Shown here: in pieces, positions 18,752-28,963 of the stretch
Layout: every line of letters begins with the position of its first letter
How positions within the stretch are numbered: position 1 is the stretch's first letter
Virus record (IMG/VR): IMGVR_UViG_2894352420_000001
Span: 1 to 64,000 of that record
DNA: 64,000 nucleotides
Origin: a virus
Lineage: Duplodnaviria; Caudoviricetes
Direction: 5' to 3' (one strand)
The notes under the pieces: generated by a model
Database searches by the model: none
Told to the model about the DNA's origin: nothing
Seen by the model: only the letters and a program-made list of their open reading frames with translations
Position numbers and translations under genes: made by a program

Positions 18752-19267
18752 TTAAGCTACCACTACTTCCGGCCCAAATTCCCAAGGCGATGTTAATGCC
18801 TTTGTTGGCTGCAAAACAGACAAAAGAACATCGACAAGATAAAGCCCATCTTTTTGTAGGTTGAAATTTGCTTTTGCTGAAAGTTGGGTACGGATTAGTG
18901 TAATAATCTTACCCTTCTTTGGGACGATCTTAACAGACTTTTCGATGGTTACAGCTTGCAATGGCGCTTTCCATATCTTATTTGCTTCGGTTGTCCCTGT
19001 TACAGTACCTCCAAACAATGCCACCATGTCATCGGATGTGACGTTCATTAAAGAAATCATCATGGTCAATGCACCTGGCGTTACGTCCTTATCCAATGGC
19101 TGATCCGATTGGATAGACATAAAGTCTTTGGTTGTTGCGTCAGCCTGGGTTAAGGCCGCAGTTGAATCGGCATATATTGCTCCGATTGAAGTGAAGGCGG
19201 TAGCAACCCCACCATCAACAGCGATGGTCCCAATCTGGACATCACTGGTACCTCTTGTTACTCCCAT
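18752..19267 (-). CDS. Major tail tube protein
   Basis: 171 aa, beta-rich, canonical position. Confidence 0.75.
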   Translation of the reverse strand: MGVTRGTSDVQIGTIAVDGGVATAFTSIGAIYADSTAALTQADATTKDFMSIQSDQPLDKDVTPGALTMMISLMNVTSDDMVALFGGTVTGTTEANKIWKAPLQAVTIEKSVKIVPKKGKIITLIRTQLSAKANFNLQKDGLYLVDVLLSVLQPTKALTSPWEFGPEVVVA

Positions 19268-19300
19268 TATAGTGTGTGTTTTAAATTTTAATGTGTGTGA

Positions 19301-19714
19301 TTATTCCAGATTTTCAAAAATGAAATTTATTCTGATATTCATATAGTGTTGATTAATCTCCGGTTGTCTGATTAATGCTGTGCTGGCGATATAAAGGCTA
19401 AAATCTGAACCATATATATTGTTAAGAATAGACTTTAAAATCTCAACAAGTGTTTGAAGCCTGGATTCATTGGGAACAAAAAATGGTTTATTTGCTGGTC
19501 CTTGCTGCAAATCGACAACATGAATATTGACATTAGAAACTCCTTTTTGAAGACTACCGTCACTTAATGCAATTGTATTGACAACGATATCCTCCAACTT
19601 TGAATCGGCCGGTCTCACACTTTTATAAATGCTACCGGTAATGGCATACGCAAGCGTGGGATCACTCTTTAAAATCTTAAATATCTCAGTTGACTGATCC
19701 AGCGCTGTTTTCAT
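19301..19714 (-). CDS. Tail completion / terminator protein
   Basis: 137 aa, position between neck and tail tube genes. Confidence 0.6.
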   Translation of the reverse strand: MKTALDQSTEIFKILKSDPTLAYAITGSIYKSVRPADSKLEDIVVNTIALSDGSLQKGVSNVNIHVVDLQQGPANKPFFVPNESRLQTLVEILKSILNNIYGSDFSLYIASTALIRQPEINQHYMNIRINFIFENLE

Positions 19715-20154
19715 TTCATTGCTTTAATTTTCGCTAACATCTTCGCTTTTAGTTTCGGGAATTCCGATGATGCAAGCATTTCAGCAGACGTTAACACATC
19801 GTAACCCATCGATTCAACGGCTGCCGCATAATCCATTCCGGCCACTACGATCAAAGCATATCCTTTTCCGGCGCGAGATGACAGTTCATCAGCTAACTGT
19901 CTTCCGGTTGCCGCACCTAGCTTCGAATCAGGGAAATAGTGACTGTAAACAACTCCATTAACAATAAGTACATAACCGATCGATGCCCGAAGATTTCCTG
20001 TCTGATCCTTGTAAGTATCCAGCGACCTGGCATGATTTACAAGTTCTTCACCTAGCGCCTGAAGTTGAAGGATAATCGCGCGATTGATTCTCTGGTACCT
20101 CTTTTCAAGCTCTCTCCTGAAATCAGCCGCGGTAAACTTGGATTTTACACCCAT
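19711..20154 (-). CDS. HK97 gp10-like neck / tail-completion protein
   Basis: YKDQTGNLRASIGY...YAAAVE motif. Confidence 0.75.
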   Translation of the reverse strand: MGVKSKFTAADFRRELEKRYQRINRAIILQLQALGEELVNHARSLDTYKDQTGNLRASIGYVLIVNGVVYSHYFPDSKLGAATGRQLADELSSRAGKGYALIVVAGMDYAAAVESMGYDVLTSAEMLASSEFPKLKAKMLAKIKAMK

Positions 20155-20468
20155 AATTTTGAATTCAGCTGCTTGGTTTCAAATCGTTTCACAACACCTT
20201 CAAGCTTAATATGCCCTTCCAATTCCACTTTTATCTTTGTCCCTCGGGCAATTTCCGTTGTTCCCTCAGGCATAAGAATCAAATACTCATATACATAAGC
20301 ATTTCCGTCCGTGACCGTTATGTAAGAACCATTTCCATTCTCCTTGCTTCTGCAAATACCAACTTTTACCCATTCAGCAGCTTGTGGAATCCAATTTCCA
20401 TCTGCATCCTGTCCGCCTGGACTTGTCTGGATATATTGAAACAATTCGTATGGATATTGAGCGAACAT
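20145..20468 (-). CDS. Head-tail joining (head closure) protein
   Basis: Position; GGQDADGNW motif; start MFAQY lies just after the upstream stop. Confidence 0.6.
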   Translation of the reverse strand: MFAQYPYELFQYIQTSPGGQDADGNWIPQAAEWVKVGICRSKENGNGSYITVTDGNAYVYEYLILMPEGTTEIARGTKIKVELEGHIKLEGVVKRFETKQLNSKLWV

Positions 20469-20469
20469 A

Positions 20470-20799
20470 TTACCAGAGATTTGAAGCGTTTCTGATTTTT
20501 GGACCGTTTCCAAACTGATCAATCAATTCTTTGCATCCACTCTGCTTTGCAAGGGAAAGTAAAGAACTTGCGAAACTGGAATCAGAATATTGAATCGTGA
20601 AACCATCTTCTGAAATTGACTTGACTCCTTTATCCGTTTGAATTTCATTAATTGCCAAACCATAGATCAAGCATTTGTTAGTAGGATAATATTCCTCGGA
20701 AGGATTTAATCCAATTAGTTCGGCAGCAATACTTAACCTTTCATCAGAAAGTTTTGCATTGCTGCCGATCAAATGCTTTATGAGCGCAAGGTTTGTCAT
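20470..20799 (-). CDS. Head-tail connector protein
   Basis: SISEDGFTIQYS motif typical of adaptor proteins; position. Confidence 0.55.
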   Translation of the reverse strand: MTNLALIKHLIGSNAKLSDERLSIAAELIGLNPSEEYYPTNKCLIYGLAINEIQTDKGVKSISEDGFTIQYSDSSFASSLLSLAKQSGCKELIDQFGNGPKIRNASNLW

Positions 20800-21131
20800 T
20801 CTGCTTCATTAGTTTTGGCGCCTTCATCGGCCGTTTGGCTTTTATCCTCCGCCTGTCCAGATCCAGAATTTGCTTCGGATCCTGAACTTTCTTCACCTTG
20901 ATTATCGCCAGAATCCGCTTGTTCTTTATCAGAATCGGCTTTTGCTTTAATCTCGGTTTTCAAAGGAGGTTCCACTAACCCTCTTGAAACCAAACTTTCA
21001 AGTACACTTTTTTCAAGGTGACTGACATCGCTACCGACATAATGAATCTTATTAAAATCGGTGCGATCGCGGAATTCATCTTTAACAATGAAACCTTGGT
21101 TTTCAACAACATCCTTTTTCTTTCCTGCCAT
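20796..21131 (-). CDS. Hypothetical head-region protein with acidic low-complexity tail
   Basis: 111-aa ORF coupled to the capsid gene. Confidence 0.6.
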   Translation of the reverse strand: MAGKKKDVVENQGFIVKDEFRDRTDFNKIHYVGSDVSHLEKSVLESLVSRGLVEPPLKTEIKAKADSDKEQADSGDNQGEESSGSEANSGSGQAEDKSQTADEGAKTNEAE

Positions 21132-22213
21132 TACGCTTGAACAGTTTTAGTGTCAATCGTGTAAATCTGATCTACATTTGAAATCACCGGAAGTGATCTC
21201 GACTGAGAATTCGTATACTCAGCAAGTGAAGGACGGTTCGTTCTGAATTTCGACACCTGGATATAATTGTCCGCCTTTTCATAAGACACACCTGCAACCG
21301 GAGAGTTTTCCTCCGCTAAACGAGCATAGACCAAAGATCCAAGTACACCAGCCGGAGCAAGAACAACGCGACCTTCTGCCCATGGCTTGTAAGAAGATGT
21401 TTTTCCGTCGATTTGGTAACGAATTGAACGGTCTACCAGAACCACATCCAGACCAGTGATTGCCTTGAAAAGAGCGACAGCGGCATCTTGCCCAGGTGTG
21501 GGCTTAACTGTACCCAAATTACCAATAGATATAGCATAACGGTCTTTAAAGGCCGCACTATTCATCAGGTTTTTAAGTGCGAATTTATCAAGGTAAGCTA
21601 CCTGTGGTGAATTTCCGTCACCATTGGCTTTATCCTTTACTCTGTCGATATCGGCAAGAGGATCAGCAGTAGAAGGGCTTGACCAAAGGATGTTGGCACC
21701 AAATTTGTTTTCGGCATAATACCCATAGTCTACGCGAATACCGGCGCCAACGTTTTCAGAAGCAATCTCTGCAACACCTTCAGAAAACCCACGAAGAAAT
21801 GTACCTTCATTCGTTTCGTACTGACCAGCAATAACAGCTTTGGTATGATTGAATAGATTTTTTACAATCTGCCCCTCAGTGCCGCCAATTGCAATGGTAG
21901 TTTGAATATCGGTCAGTTGTTGTTCGTTCAACCAACGCTCAATACCAACCTTTGGAATCTTACCGCCCATTGCACTTGTTCCGCCGGATGTTTTGGTCGG
22001 AACAGGTGAATCCAAAGCGATATAATCGGCTCTTACGAACTGATTTTGTTCAGAAACCGTATCCCACATACCAGTAACAGAGAAAACCTGCTCGGTTAAT
22101 TGCGTATGCAGATATGGTAGCGGGTTTTTAGTCCCGTTCAACTCCTGAACATATCTTAGGACTACCGGCTTGAACCATTTTTTAACGTAGTCCGGAAATA
22201 ATGACTGTTCCAT
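21131..22213 (-). CDS. Major capsid protein (lambda gpE-like, HK97 fold)
   Basis: 360 aa, follows scaffold and decoration genes; PLADIDR...QVAYLD pattern of capsid E family. Confidence 0.8.
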   Translation of the reverse strand: MEQSLFPDYVKKWFKPVVLRYVQELNGTKNPLPYLHTQLTEQVFSVTGMWDTVSEQNQFVRADYIALDSPVPTKTSGGTSAMGGKIPKVGIERWLNEQQLTDIQTTIAIGGTEGQIVKNLFNHTKAVIAGQYETNEGTFLRGFSEGVAEIASENVGAGIRVDYGYYAENKFGANILWSSPSTADPLADIDRVKDKANGDGNSPQVAYLDKFALKNLMNSAAFKDRYAISIGNLGTVKPTPGQDAAVALFKAITGLDVVLVDRSIRYQIDGKTSSYKPWAEGRVVLAPAGVLGSLVYARLAEENSPVAGVSYEKADNYIQVSKFRTNRPSLAEYTNSQSRSLPVISNVDQIYTIDTKTVQA

Positions 22214-22263
22214 TCTTTAAAATATAAAAGTGTGTGTGTGATTATATTGGCGATTTCAGCTTA

Positions 22264-22932
22264 TCAGGCTTGATCGCTTGTCCACCGTATACGGTTAGCC
22301 GTTGCTGTATTAAATGCAGCTTTGATGCTGGCAACCGCGAATGGTGAGGCTACTTCATTAACTGCTCCATGCACCAAAATACCAGCAAACGCAGCTGATG
22401 CTTCGATGGTCGCAATCAGAATACCCACATATTCATGTCCCGAAGGAAGTGCCGTATAGGCAGATGCAGCTCCATCTGTTTCGGAAACAAAAACTGTAAA
22501 ACCAGATCCGGCTGTGCCGATATTTGCAGCAGCAGCACTTAGACTATCGCCATATTTATACCCGGTTCCCGCAGTTGTTAAAGTCGCACTGATCACTGAG
22601 CCTCCTGCAACTACAATAGTCGCCTTTGCTCCACTTCCTGTCCCACCTGTAAGTGTTACATTGGAATAGGTACCAGCATTTACATACCCAGTGCCCGCAG
22701 TGATTGCACCCAGCTTCACAATTGCTCCGGCTATTGAAACCGGCATTGGCTTGTGATCAGCAGTTGTAGAATTTTTGATGATGACATGGCCTGCTTTTAA
22801 GACATGCAATGGATATCCATTAACGTCAAGGGATCGGCCACCCTTTAAACTTTCGAGCATTTCGACGATTACGATGTTATCGTTTTCAGTCGAATAATTT
22901 TTTCGATCGCGATTTAAACTTACTACGGACAT
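22264..22932 (-). CDS. Head decoration protein with an inserted Gly/Thr-rich domain
   Basis: Position between scaffold and capsid; GGRSLDV...LKAGHVII N-terminus and YVGILIATI...ILVHGAVNE C-terminus flank an ~80-aa insert. Confidence 0.6.
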   Translation of the reverse strand: MSVVSLNRDRKNYSTENDNIVIVEMLESLKGGRSLDVNGYPLHVLKAGHVIIKNSTTADHKPMPVSIAGAIVKLGAITAGTGYVNAGTYSNVTLTGGTGSGAKATIVVAGGSVISATLTTAGTGYKYGDSLSAAAANIGTAGSGFTVFVSETDGAASAYTALPSGHEYVGILIATIEASAAFAGILVHGAVNEVASPFAVASIKAAFNTATANRIRWTSDQA

Positions 22933-22943
22933 GATTTCTGATT

Positions 22944-23636
22944 TTAAAGTGCACCAAAGATGCTATCAACCTCCTCCTTGGAGGCTTCTTTTCCAGCACC
23001 ACCTCCAACAGGAGTAAATGGACGACCGGATTGTCCCAAACCAAGATCTGAAAGCTTTTGAGACGCCTGGGAAATTTTTGCTTCCGTAGCAGTCACATAT
23101 TCTTGAAAAGCTTCATCTGTTTCAAATTTCGAAGGATCGAAATTATCAATGTATACATCCTTTAAAATAGGATTGAAGTCTTTCAGCTTCGTTTCAAAGA
23201 TTTGTTTCCTTGATTCGCTTGTTTTGCCCGATTCGATAGCTGCCAGTTTATCTGAAAGTAACTTGTTGGCCTCTAACTGCGCCTTGTTGCTTTCAATTAA
23301 CCCTTTTGCCCATTCCGGCACCTCATTGGAATCTTTTGATTTATCCTTGCCGTTTTCAGAACTGCCCCCGGCGGAAGATTCTTTTTCTTTTTTAGCTGCC
23401 TCCTCTTTTTCGTCTTCTTTTTCCTTATCCTTTGCAGCGATTTCAGCAGCAGCGATTCGGTTAATTTCGGACTGGAAAGCTTTTAACATTGCACCGACCC
23501 CGTCAACAGCCTCGTCGATTTCGGTTTCTTCTTTAACGCTTTTCTCGAGATATTCAAGAACCACATTAATTGCTTTCTGGCTGTACCCAAGTGATTTGTA
23601 CTTATTTACAAGCGCTAAGCGTAATTTCTCTTTCAT
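22944..23636 (-). CDS. Capsid scaffolding protein
   Basis: Charged coiled-coil, EVPEWAK motif, first gene of the head operon. Confidence 0.65.
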   Translation of the reverse strand: MKEKLRLALVNKYKSLGYSQKAINVVLEYLEKSVKEETEIDEAVDGVGAMLKAFQSEINRIAAAEIAAKDKEKEDEKEEAAKKEKESSAGGSSENGKDKSKDSNEVPEWAKGLIESNKAQLEANKLLSDKLAAIESGKTSESRKQIFETKLKDFNPILKDVYIDNFDPSKFETDEAFQEYVTATEAKISQASQKLSDLGLGQSGRPFTPVGGGAGKEASKEEVDSIFGAL

Positions 23637-23668
23637 GAAGAATTTGATGTGTGTGTGTAGTGTCAGGA

Positions 23669-23721
23669 CAAAACTATAAATAATATTTTATACTTACAAT
23701 ATAAATATATTTTTATCTTTG
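23669..23721. promoter_or_regulatory. Divergent promoters with palindromic operator copy 3
   Basis: TAGTTTTG (-, 23669-23676), TATACTTA-caata-TAAATATA (23689-23709), TATCTTTG (+, 23714-23721). Confidence 0.72.
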
Positions 23722-23743
23722 TTGGGTAAAACACATACACACT

Positions 23744-24211
23744 ATGAAGAACTTAATTTTTGCTTTAATTGGAATACTATATCTGGGAAGTGCTCGTGCT
23801 CAGGTTACTGTAACCTTTCCTGCGGGAAATATTGCCAGCGAAGAATGGGTCAAATCTCTTGTCACCAAAAAGATAGATTCATTGTCAACGGTGCATTCGA
23901 ATGGGACTAAAAATATTCCGGATTCAGTCGTTCCTTTGCCGAACTGTTTACGGGGGCCAACGATTCAATCGATTACCTTCGACACCATGACTGGAATTTC
24001 AATACTGTTTGACGGAAAGGATGTCTTTGGATTGGATTATCTTCTACTAGGGCCGATTTATGAAATCGTGACGAAAGGTTCTTTGAAGCCAACGAGTAAT
24101 ATCATTAAGATAGGATATCAAAGCCTGCCCCCTGGGGACTACCACCTGACGGTAACTGCAAATACCTGCACCGGGAAAGATTCAAAAGACTTTACCATTA
24201 AGAAAAAATGA
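23744..24211 (+). CDS. Exported protein with one Cys-flanked Ig/Fn3-like domain
   Basis: Signal peptide ...SARA/Q; ASEEWV motif; C..GP.I...C domain. Confidence 0.7.
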   Translation: MKNLIFALIGILYLGSARAQVTVTFPAGNIASEEWVKSLVTKKIDSLSTVHSNGTKNIPDSVVPLPNCLRGPTIQSITFDTMTGISILFDGKDVFGLDYLLLGPIYEIVTKGSLKPTSNIIKIGYQSLPPGDYHLTVTANTCTGKDSKDFTIKKK

Positions 24212-26793
24212 GAAAGTACTTTTTAAGTCTGCTACTACTTGTAGCAGCCCTTCCGATATTCTCTCAATCTGTAATAACCTACCCTTCTTCCGGCAATATC
24301 GCAACAGAAGAATGGGTTCAGAACTATCTATTTGATCAATTAGAGAAATACAATATCTCTGATTGTGATCTACGTATTGACACCATCGTTCAAGAGGGCT
24401 CTGCTATTGAAATAGGATTAACCGTCTCGCTTCAAAACCTGAACAACTATTCAATCAGGATTGTAAAGGGTGAGCAAACGTGGTTTTGGAACGCGGTACC
24501 CTATACTGTTGGTGAAAGGATGCGTATCGAAGGTGTTCCACGGCTTGATTCAGTCAGAATAACAATCAGGCCTACCTTGCACCCTACATGTTACGTGGGT
24601 TTCAATTACAATCTGGGAGGTGGGGATAACCCTGATCCAACGGACCCAACAGATCCTTCGAATCCAAATCCTACGGTTCCGTGCGCATCAGGACCTACTT
24701 TGCTGACAATTACCAATGTTCAGGCAACAGCGCTTACTGCTACTTTTCACGGAAACGGGGTATTTGAAGTATTGTGGAGAATTAAAAATGGAGCAGGAGC
24801 GACAATTCGAAGTGGAAATCTAACGCCTACCTCGTCAACTTTAAATTTCACTTACAGCGCAATTCCGTACGGAAATTATACACTTGATTTAATAGGAACG
24901 AGCTGTATAGGTTCCAGTAGCAAAACGTTTGTTTATCAGGATCCCGGAGGAATAGACCCAGGAACTCCGCCTGTTCAGAATAACGTAATTCCTGCTTTTT
25001 CACAGGTTCCGAAGTTACTTGTTACAATTTCAAATGTAAATGGTGTTTATTCTGATAATACCGCTGACGATTACCAAGAATCTGGCATAACCTACCGTAA
25101 CGCTAACGGCCGGAAATATAGGGCCCTTTACTGGTTAAATGAAGTTCCTTGGAAAAATTCAGATAATTCGATTAAATCATTTAAGAATGTTACTATTCCA
25201 AACGGTATTCTTCTTACGGTAAGGAAAGAATATGCTGACGTAAATTGGGCCGGTTCTAATTCTCATACCGATTTCAAGAACAGAGGCTGGGATATTTGGC
25301 TTCACGCAAATGAAAACCCCAACGCAGACGGTTCTTGGTTGCTTGCCACGGCTGTTACGCAGATAACGACAAATAACGGGGTTGATTTAAATACAGGCTC
25401 TTTGGTTCGGGATAATAACCCTTCGTGGTTAGATGCTAGTAAATATGTGCCTCAATTCTATTTCAACCCTTCCAGTTACTCACCAGATAAGCCAGTTACA
25501 TTACATGCTTTTCCGGCTGGAAATACAGCGCAAGAAACAGCAGACCATTTGTCGGCCGGAGGTATTAATCACCTTTGGTGGCAAAACCTTCACGGAGCCG
25601 GTATTTACACAAACGGAGCTCCGACTCCAGGGGTAGACACGCATGGTATTTTACCTTCTTTCAACCTTTCAAGTACTGATTATTATAATATAATCAAAGG
25701 TGTTTATGGGATTGAGCTTACACCGTACGGTGGTCAAGCAACTTGCGAACAGGCCCGCACTGTTGCAGATGGTATTTTTATTTGCGAAGGCTGCGTTTAT
25801 ACGGATGAATTTACAGAAGGGTTGTACCCGCAATTTGCACCTTCGAGGGAATGTTTTTACCAACGATTTAATGAAAGAGTAGCGGCGCTTGGATATACCA
25901 AAGTTCAGTTACTTGGTGATTATGGTTATGGATCTCAAAATGTTGGGTTGAACGGGAAAGATCCTTTAGGATCCTATGCACTAAGTTTGACAAATTCTAA
26001 TGTTGTAAATAACCTTGAAAATGTAGATGGATCCAATAATACAGGGTTTAAACAATACGCCCAGGGTGCATATAATTACCGTGGCACTGTAATCGGTGAT
26101 TACTACGCTATAACTGGTCTTTCTCCTGCAAGGGGAACAGCGAAATTCTGGGAAGCATTGGTTACTATAAATGCGACGCCAAACAAAGCAAAAATGTTGT
26201 TCGCTACCGACCTTATGCAGTCAAATGCACACGGGGCGGATGTTCCTTATAAAGATTCGGGAACCCTTTTGGCGAATGGAAGTATCAGTTACGATTACCC
26301 TGATACGCCCGCCGAAATAATGAAATTTGACGCGTTCTTTTCGCTTTTGGTTTACGATTCATGGTATTATTGGCAAGCATTTGGAGCGAAAAAAGTAAGC
26401 GATATTGACTGGAGGCGCACGGGTATTTGTCTTGATGCCGGGGTGGTTGGTAGTAGAATGTATGCCCGGTTAATCCCTACCCTAAACCAGGCTGGAAGAC
26501 AAATTTATGCCTGTGATTACACAGCAAATGGCGTGCCTTTTACCAGCTCAACAACAGAACGGAGGTTGCCTATAAAAGGAGTTCCACGTTACGACAACCG
26601 CTATTTCAATGAAGCGTTAGCAGCAAATAAAGGAGTTGCGCTTTGTATTCCAGGAACCAAAAAAGCATTTTTCTATTATAACACAAACATTGATCCTTCT
26701 GTAATAGAAACCGTGATTATAACTTATAACGGTGTCCAATTCAACCTGGGTCAAGTGGCTGGAAGTACAATGGTGGTGGCTTACGAACCTTGA
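24208..26793 (+). CDS. Large exported protein (Ig/Fn3-like domains, Pro-rich linker, possible C-terminal glycan-active domain)
   Basis: Signal peptide ...PIFS/Q; ATEEWV; DPTDPT linker; C..GP...C domain. Confidence 0.7.
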   Translation: MRKYFLSLLLLVAALPIFSQSVITYPSSGNIATEEWVQNYLFDQLEKYNISDCDLRIDTIVQEGSAIEIGLTVSLQNLNNYSIRIVKGEQTWFWNAVPYTVGERMRIEGVPRLDSVRITIRPTLHPTCYVGFNYNLGGGDNPDPTDPTDPSNPNPTVPCASGPTLLTITNVQATALTATFHGNGVFEVLWRIKNGAGATIRSGNLTPTSSTLNFTYSAIPYGNYTLDLIGTSCIGSSSKTFVYQDPGGIDPGTPPVQNNVIPAFSQVPKLLVTISNVNGVYSDNTADDYQESGITYRNANGRKYRALYWLNEVPWKNSDNSIKSFKNVTIPNGILLTVRKEYADVNWAGSNSHTDFKNRGWDIWLHANENPNADGSWLLATAVTQITTNNGVDLNTGSLVRDNNPSWLDASKYVPQFYFNPSSYSPDKPVTLHAFPAGNTAQETADHLSAGGINHLWWQNLHGAGIYTNGAPTPGVDTHGILPSFNLSSTDYYNIIKGVYGIELTPYGGQATCEQARTVADGIFICEGCVYTDEFTEGLYPQFAPSRECFYQRFNERVAALGYTKVQLLGDYGYGSQNVGLNGKDPLGSYALSLTNSNVVNNLENVDGSNNTGFKQYAQGAYNYRGTVIGDYYAITGLSPARGTAKFWEALVTINATPNKAKMLFATDLMQSNAHGADVPYKDSGTLLANGSISYDYPDTPAEIMKFDAFFSLLVYDSWYYWQAFGAKKVSDIDWRRTGICLDAGVVGSRMYARLIPTLNQAGRQIYACDYTANGVPFTSSTTERRLPIKGVPRYDNRYFNEALAANKGVALCIPGTKKAFFYYNTNIDPSVIETVIITYNGVQFNLGQVAGSTMVVAYEP

Positions 26794-26819
26794 TTAACAG
26801 ATAACATACACACTTTTTA

Positions 26820-28595
26820 ATGAAAAGATTAACCGGAATAATAATTTTATTACTTGTTCAAAGTTTATCCTTTGGGCAAGTAAATGTTCACATAAGTAAC
26901 GGAGGCCGTGCAGCAACTCAGGAATGGGTAAAGGTCTACCTGGAAACTCTGCTGAATCGTATAGAAGCTCCTGTTGACACTGGCGGAGTAACTACTCCTC
27001 CTTCGCCTATTTGTTCAGGTCCAAATATTCAGTCTGTTTCTTCCACAAGTCCAACAGGCCTGACTTTCACCTGGTCAGGTTTGAATGTTCCGGATATTGT
27101 ATGGACTGTAAGTAATAGCACTGGTATTCTTCGTACAGGATCGGTTAATTCATCAAATCCGACCCGCAGCATTATTTACAATTCAATTGGTTATGGTACT
27201 TTTTCTTTTAGTATTAAAGGAATTGGATGCCCTACAACTCCTGCGCCTGTAAGTTTCACTTTAGAAGCTCCCCCGGTTATTGTTTCTTCCGGAAGAAGAA
27301 TTTATATGAATACATCAGGGTATGGATTTAGCGCATCTGACCCGTATGGTATCGATCAGGATTGGAGAAAAAGAATAGAAGCATTTACAAGCCTGAATTA
27401 TAATGGTGTTACGTTTTCTGGCATCAACGGGGTAAGGCTATGTATGAAGTGGATGGACTATGAGCCTTCCCAGGGTTTATATAATGATGCAAAGTTGATT
27501 GCGGCAATAAATTATTGTAAAAGCAAAGGCCTCAAATTAGCTATCTGCGTATTTCCTCTTAGAATAGCTACCGATGGATTCATTCCGGAGAGCGAGCGCG
27601 CGAAAGGATCTGGCGGGACAATATGGATAACAGAAATCGATAAGATAACGCTGGCACCATATAGCGTCATTGCAAAGTCAAAGTTCAGGGCTATGATAAA
27701 ACATCTAGCTTCAATAATGGCTCAGTATCCCAACGACACGGATTATATATCTATGGGTTATGGGAATAGTGAAGAATTTTGGAACCCGATTGTACAGACC
27801 TACGCACCATCAGCTTTCAGTGAGTTAACCGGATATTCTGACGTAGATAGATCAGCATGGGCAACTTATGCAGCGGCCAATGGGCATGCAGGTTTAGCGC
27901 CACCAGTTACTCCAAACATTGCTAATGCATACGATACTGGGTATTTCTGGACTACTGAAAATGGCAAATTATGGTATGATTTCATAACGGATGGATTAGT
28001 AAATCTTCATGCGACATTCCGAGATGCAGTGCATGAGGGCGGGGTAAAAGCATGTGGATTCTATGCCGACGCAGGTGGTGCGCAATCAGCCTGGTACATG
28101 ACTTACCGATTGAACAAGATATTTGCCGGATGCGATGTGATGTATTCATCCGAAGGCGCAAATAGGTATGATCTAGGTACTAAGCTACTTTCAGCTGATG
28201 TAAATCTTGGCACCTTCCCCAACGCAGAAGCTGGAATTGAATTTGACCCCGAAGATCTTTCAACGGACGGATCTACCAATTACGGGAATAATACCGATTC
28301 TGGTCATTTACTCGAATACGGTTCTTCATTCTTTAAGCGAGGCGGCAAGATTATACATTTCGCCTTGGCTTATAGTTTTGGGGAAAATGGCACGAATAAT
28401 AATATCATTCAATTAGCTCCGGCGCTTTGGGTGCTTCAAAATGACTATGTCAAGTCTACAACGATTCCACCGATTACCTCAGTGCCAACCATTACTTTTC
28501 CGATAACAAGTTTTTCAGGTGATCAGGGATACCGGTCACTATGGTCTTCAAACGGTGGCGGCACAGACAAACAAGTAAGGATAAAAATAGAATAA
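26820..28595 (+). CDS. Exported glycoside hydrolase-like protein (clan GH-A TIM barrel) with an Ig/Fn3-like domain
   Basis: Signal peptide ...LSFG/Q; ATQEWV; GVRLCMKWMDYEPSQGLYNDAKLIAAINYCKSKGLKLAI resembles the GH42/GH35 W..EP..G.Y motif. Confidence 0.6.
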   Translation: MKRLTGIIILLLVQSLSFGQVNVHISNGGRAATQEWVKVYLETLLNRIEAPVDTGGVTTPPSPICSGPNIQSVSSTSPTGLTFTWSGLNVPDIVWTVSNSTGILRTGSVNSSNPTRSIIYNSIGYGTFSFSIKGIGCPTTPAPVSFTLEAPPVIVSSGRRIYMNTSGYGFSASDPYGIDQDWRKRIEAFTSLNYNGVTFSGINGVRLCMKWMDYEPSQGLYNDAKLIAAINYCKSKGLKLAICVFPLRIATDGFIPESERAKGSGGTIWITEIDKITLAPYSVIAKSKFRAMIKHLASIMAQYPNDTDYISMGYGNSEEFWNPIVQTYAPSAFSELTGYSDVDRSAWATYAAANGHAGLAPPVTPNIANAYDTGYFWTTENGKLWYDFITDGLVNLHATFRDAVHEGGVKACGFYADAGGAQSAWYMTYRLNKIFAGCDVMYSSEGANRYDLGTKLLSADVNLGTFPNAEAGIEFDPEDLSTDGSTNYGNNTDSGHLLEYGSSFFKRGGKIIHFALAYSFGENGTNNNIIQLAPALWVLQNDYVKSTTIPPITSVPTITFPITSFSGDQGYRSLWSSNGGGTDKQVRIKIE

Positions 28596-28609
28596 TATTA
28601 AAATTTATC

Positions 28610-28963
28610 ATGAAACCAAACTTTAAAAAGATCCTGATTGCAGGCGGAATTGTACTGATAAGTATTACTTGTTTTGTGCTTTACGTCCAATTTAAAAGAC
28701 AAAATCAAGCTCCAAAACAGCCAATTGATATTGCTTTGGACAGTGCAGACTATTGGAGAAAGGAGGTAATCAAGGCAGATAATAATTTAAAAGATGCACA
28801 ACAAAACTTAAAAATTCATGAAGGAAACATTGACAGCCTGGCAAAAGATATGGCCACCGATAGTTTTGCTATGGTTATCCGTCGCAGCGTGCTACGGGCA
28901 AGAGTCAAAAGTGATATTAGAGCAGGTGAAATACGTGACAGCATTAGAAGACAGCACCCTTAA
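28610..28963 (+). CDS. Putative inner-membrane spanin-like protein
   Basis: N-terminal TM plus coiled coil; 3' half overlapped by the next gene; lysis region. Confidence 0.4.
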   Translation: MKPNFKKILIAGGIVLISITCFVLYVQFKRQNQAPKQPIDIALDSADYWRKEVIKADNNLKDAQQNLKIHEGNIDSLAKDMATDSFAMVIRRSVLRARVKSDIRAGEIRDSIRRQHP

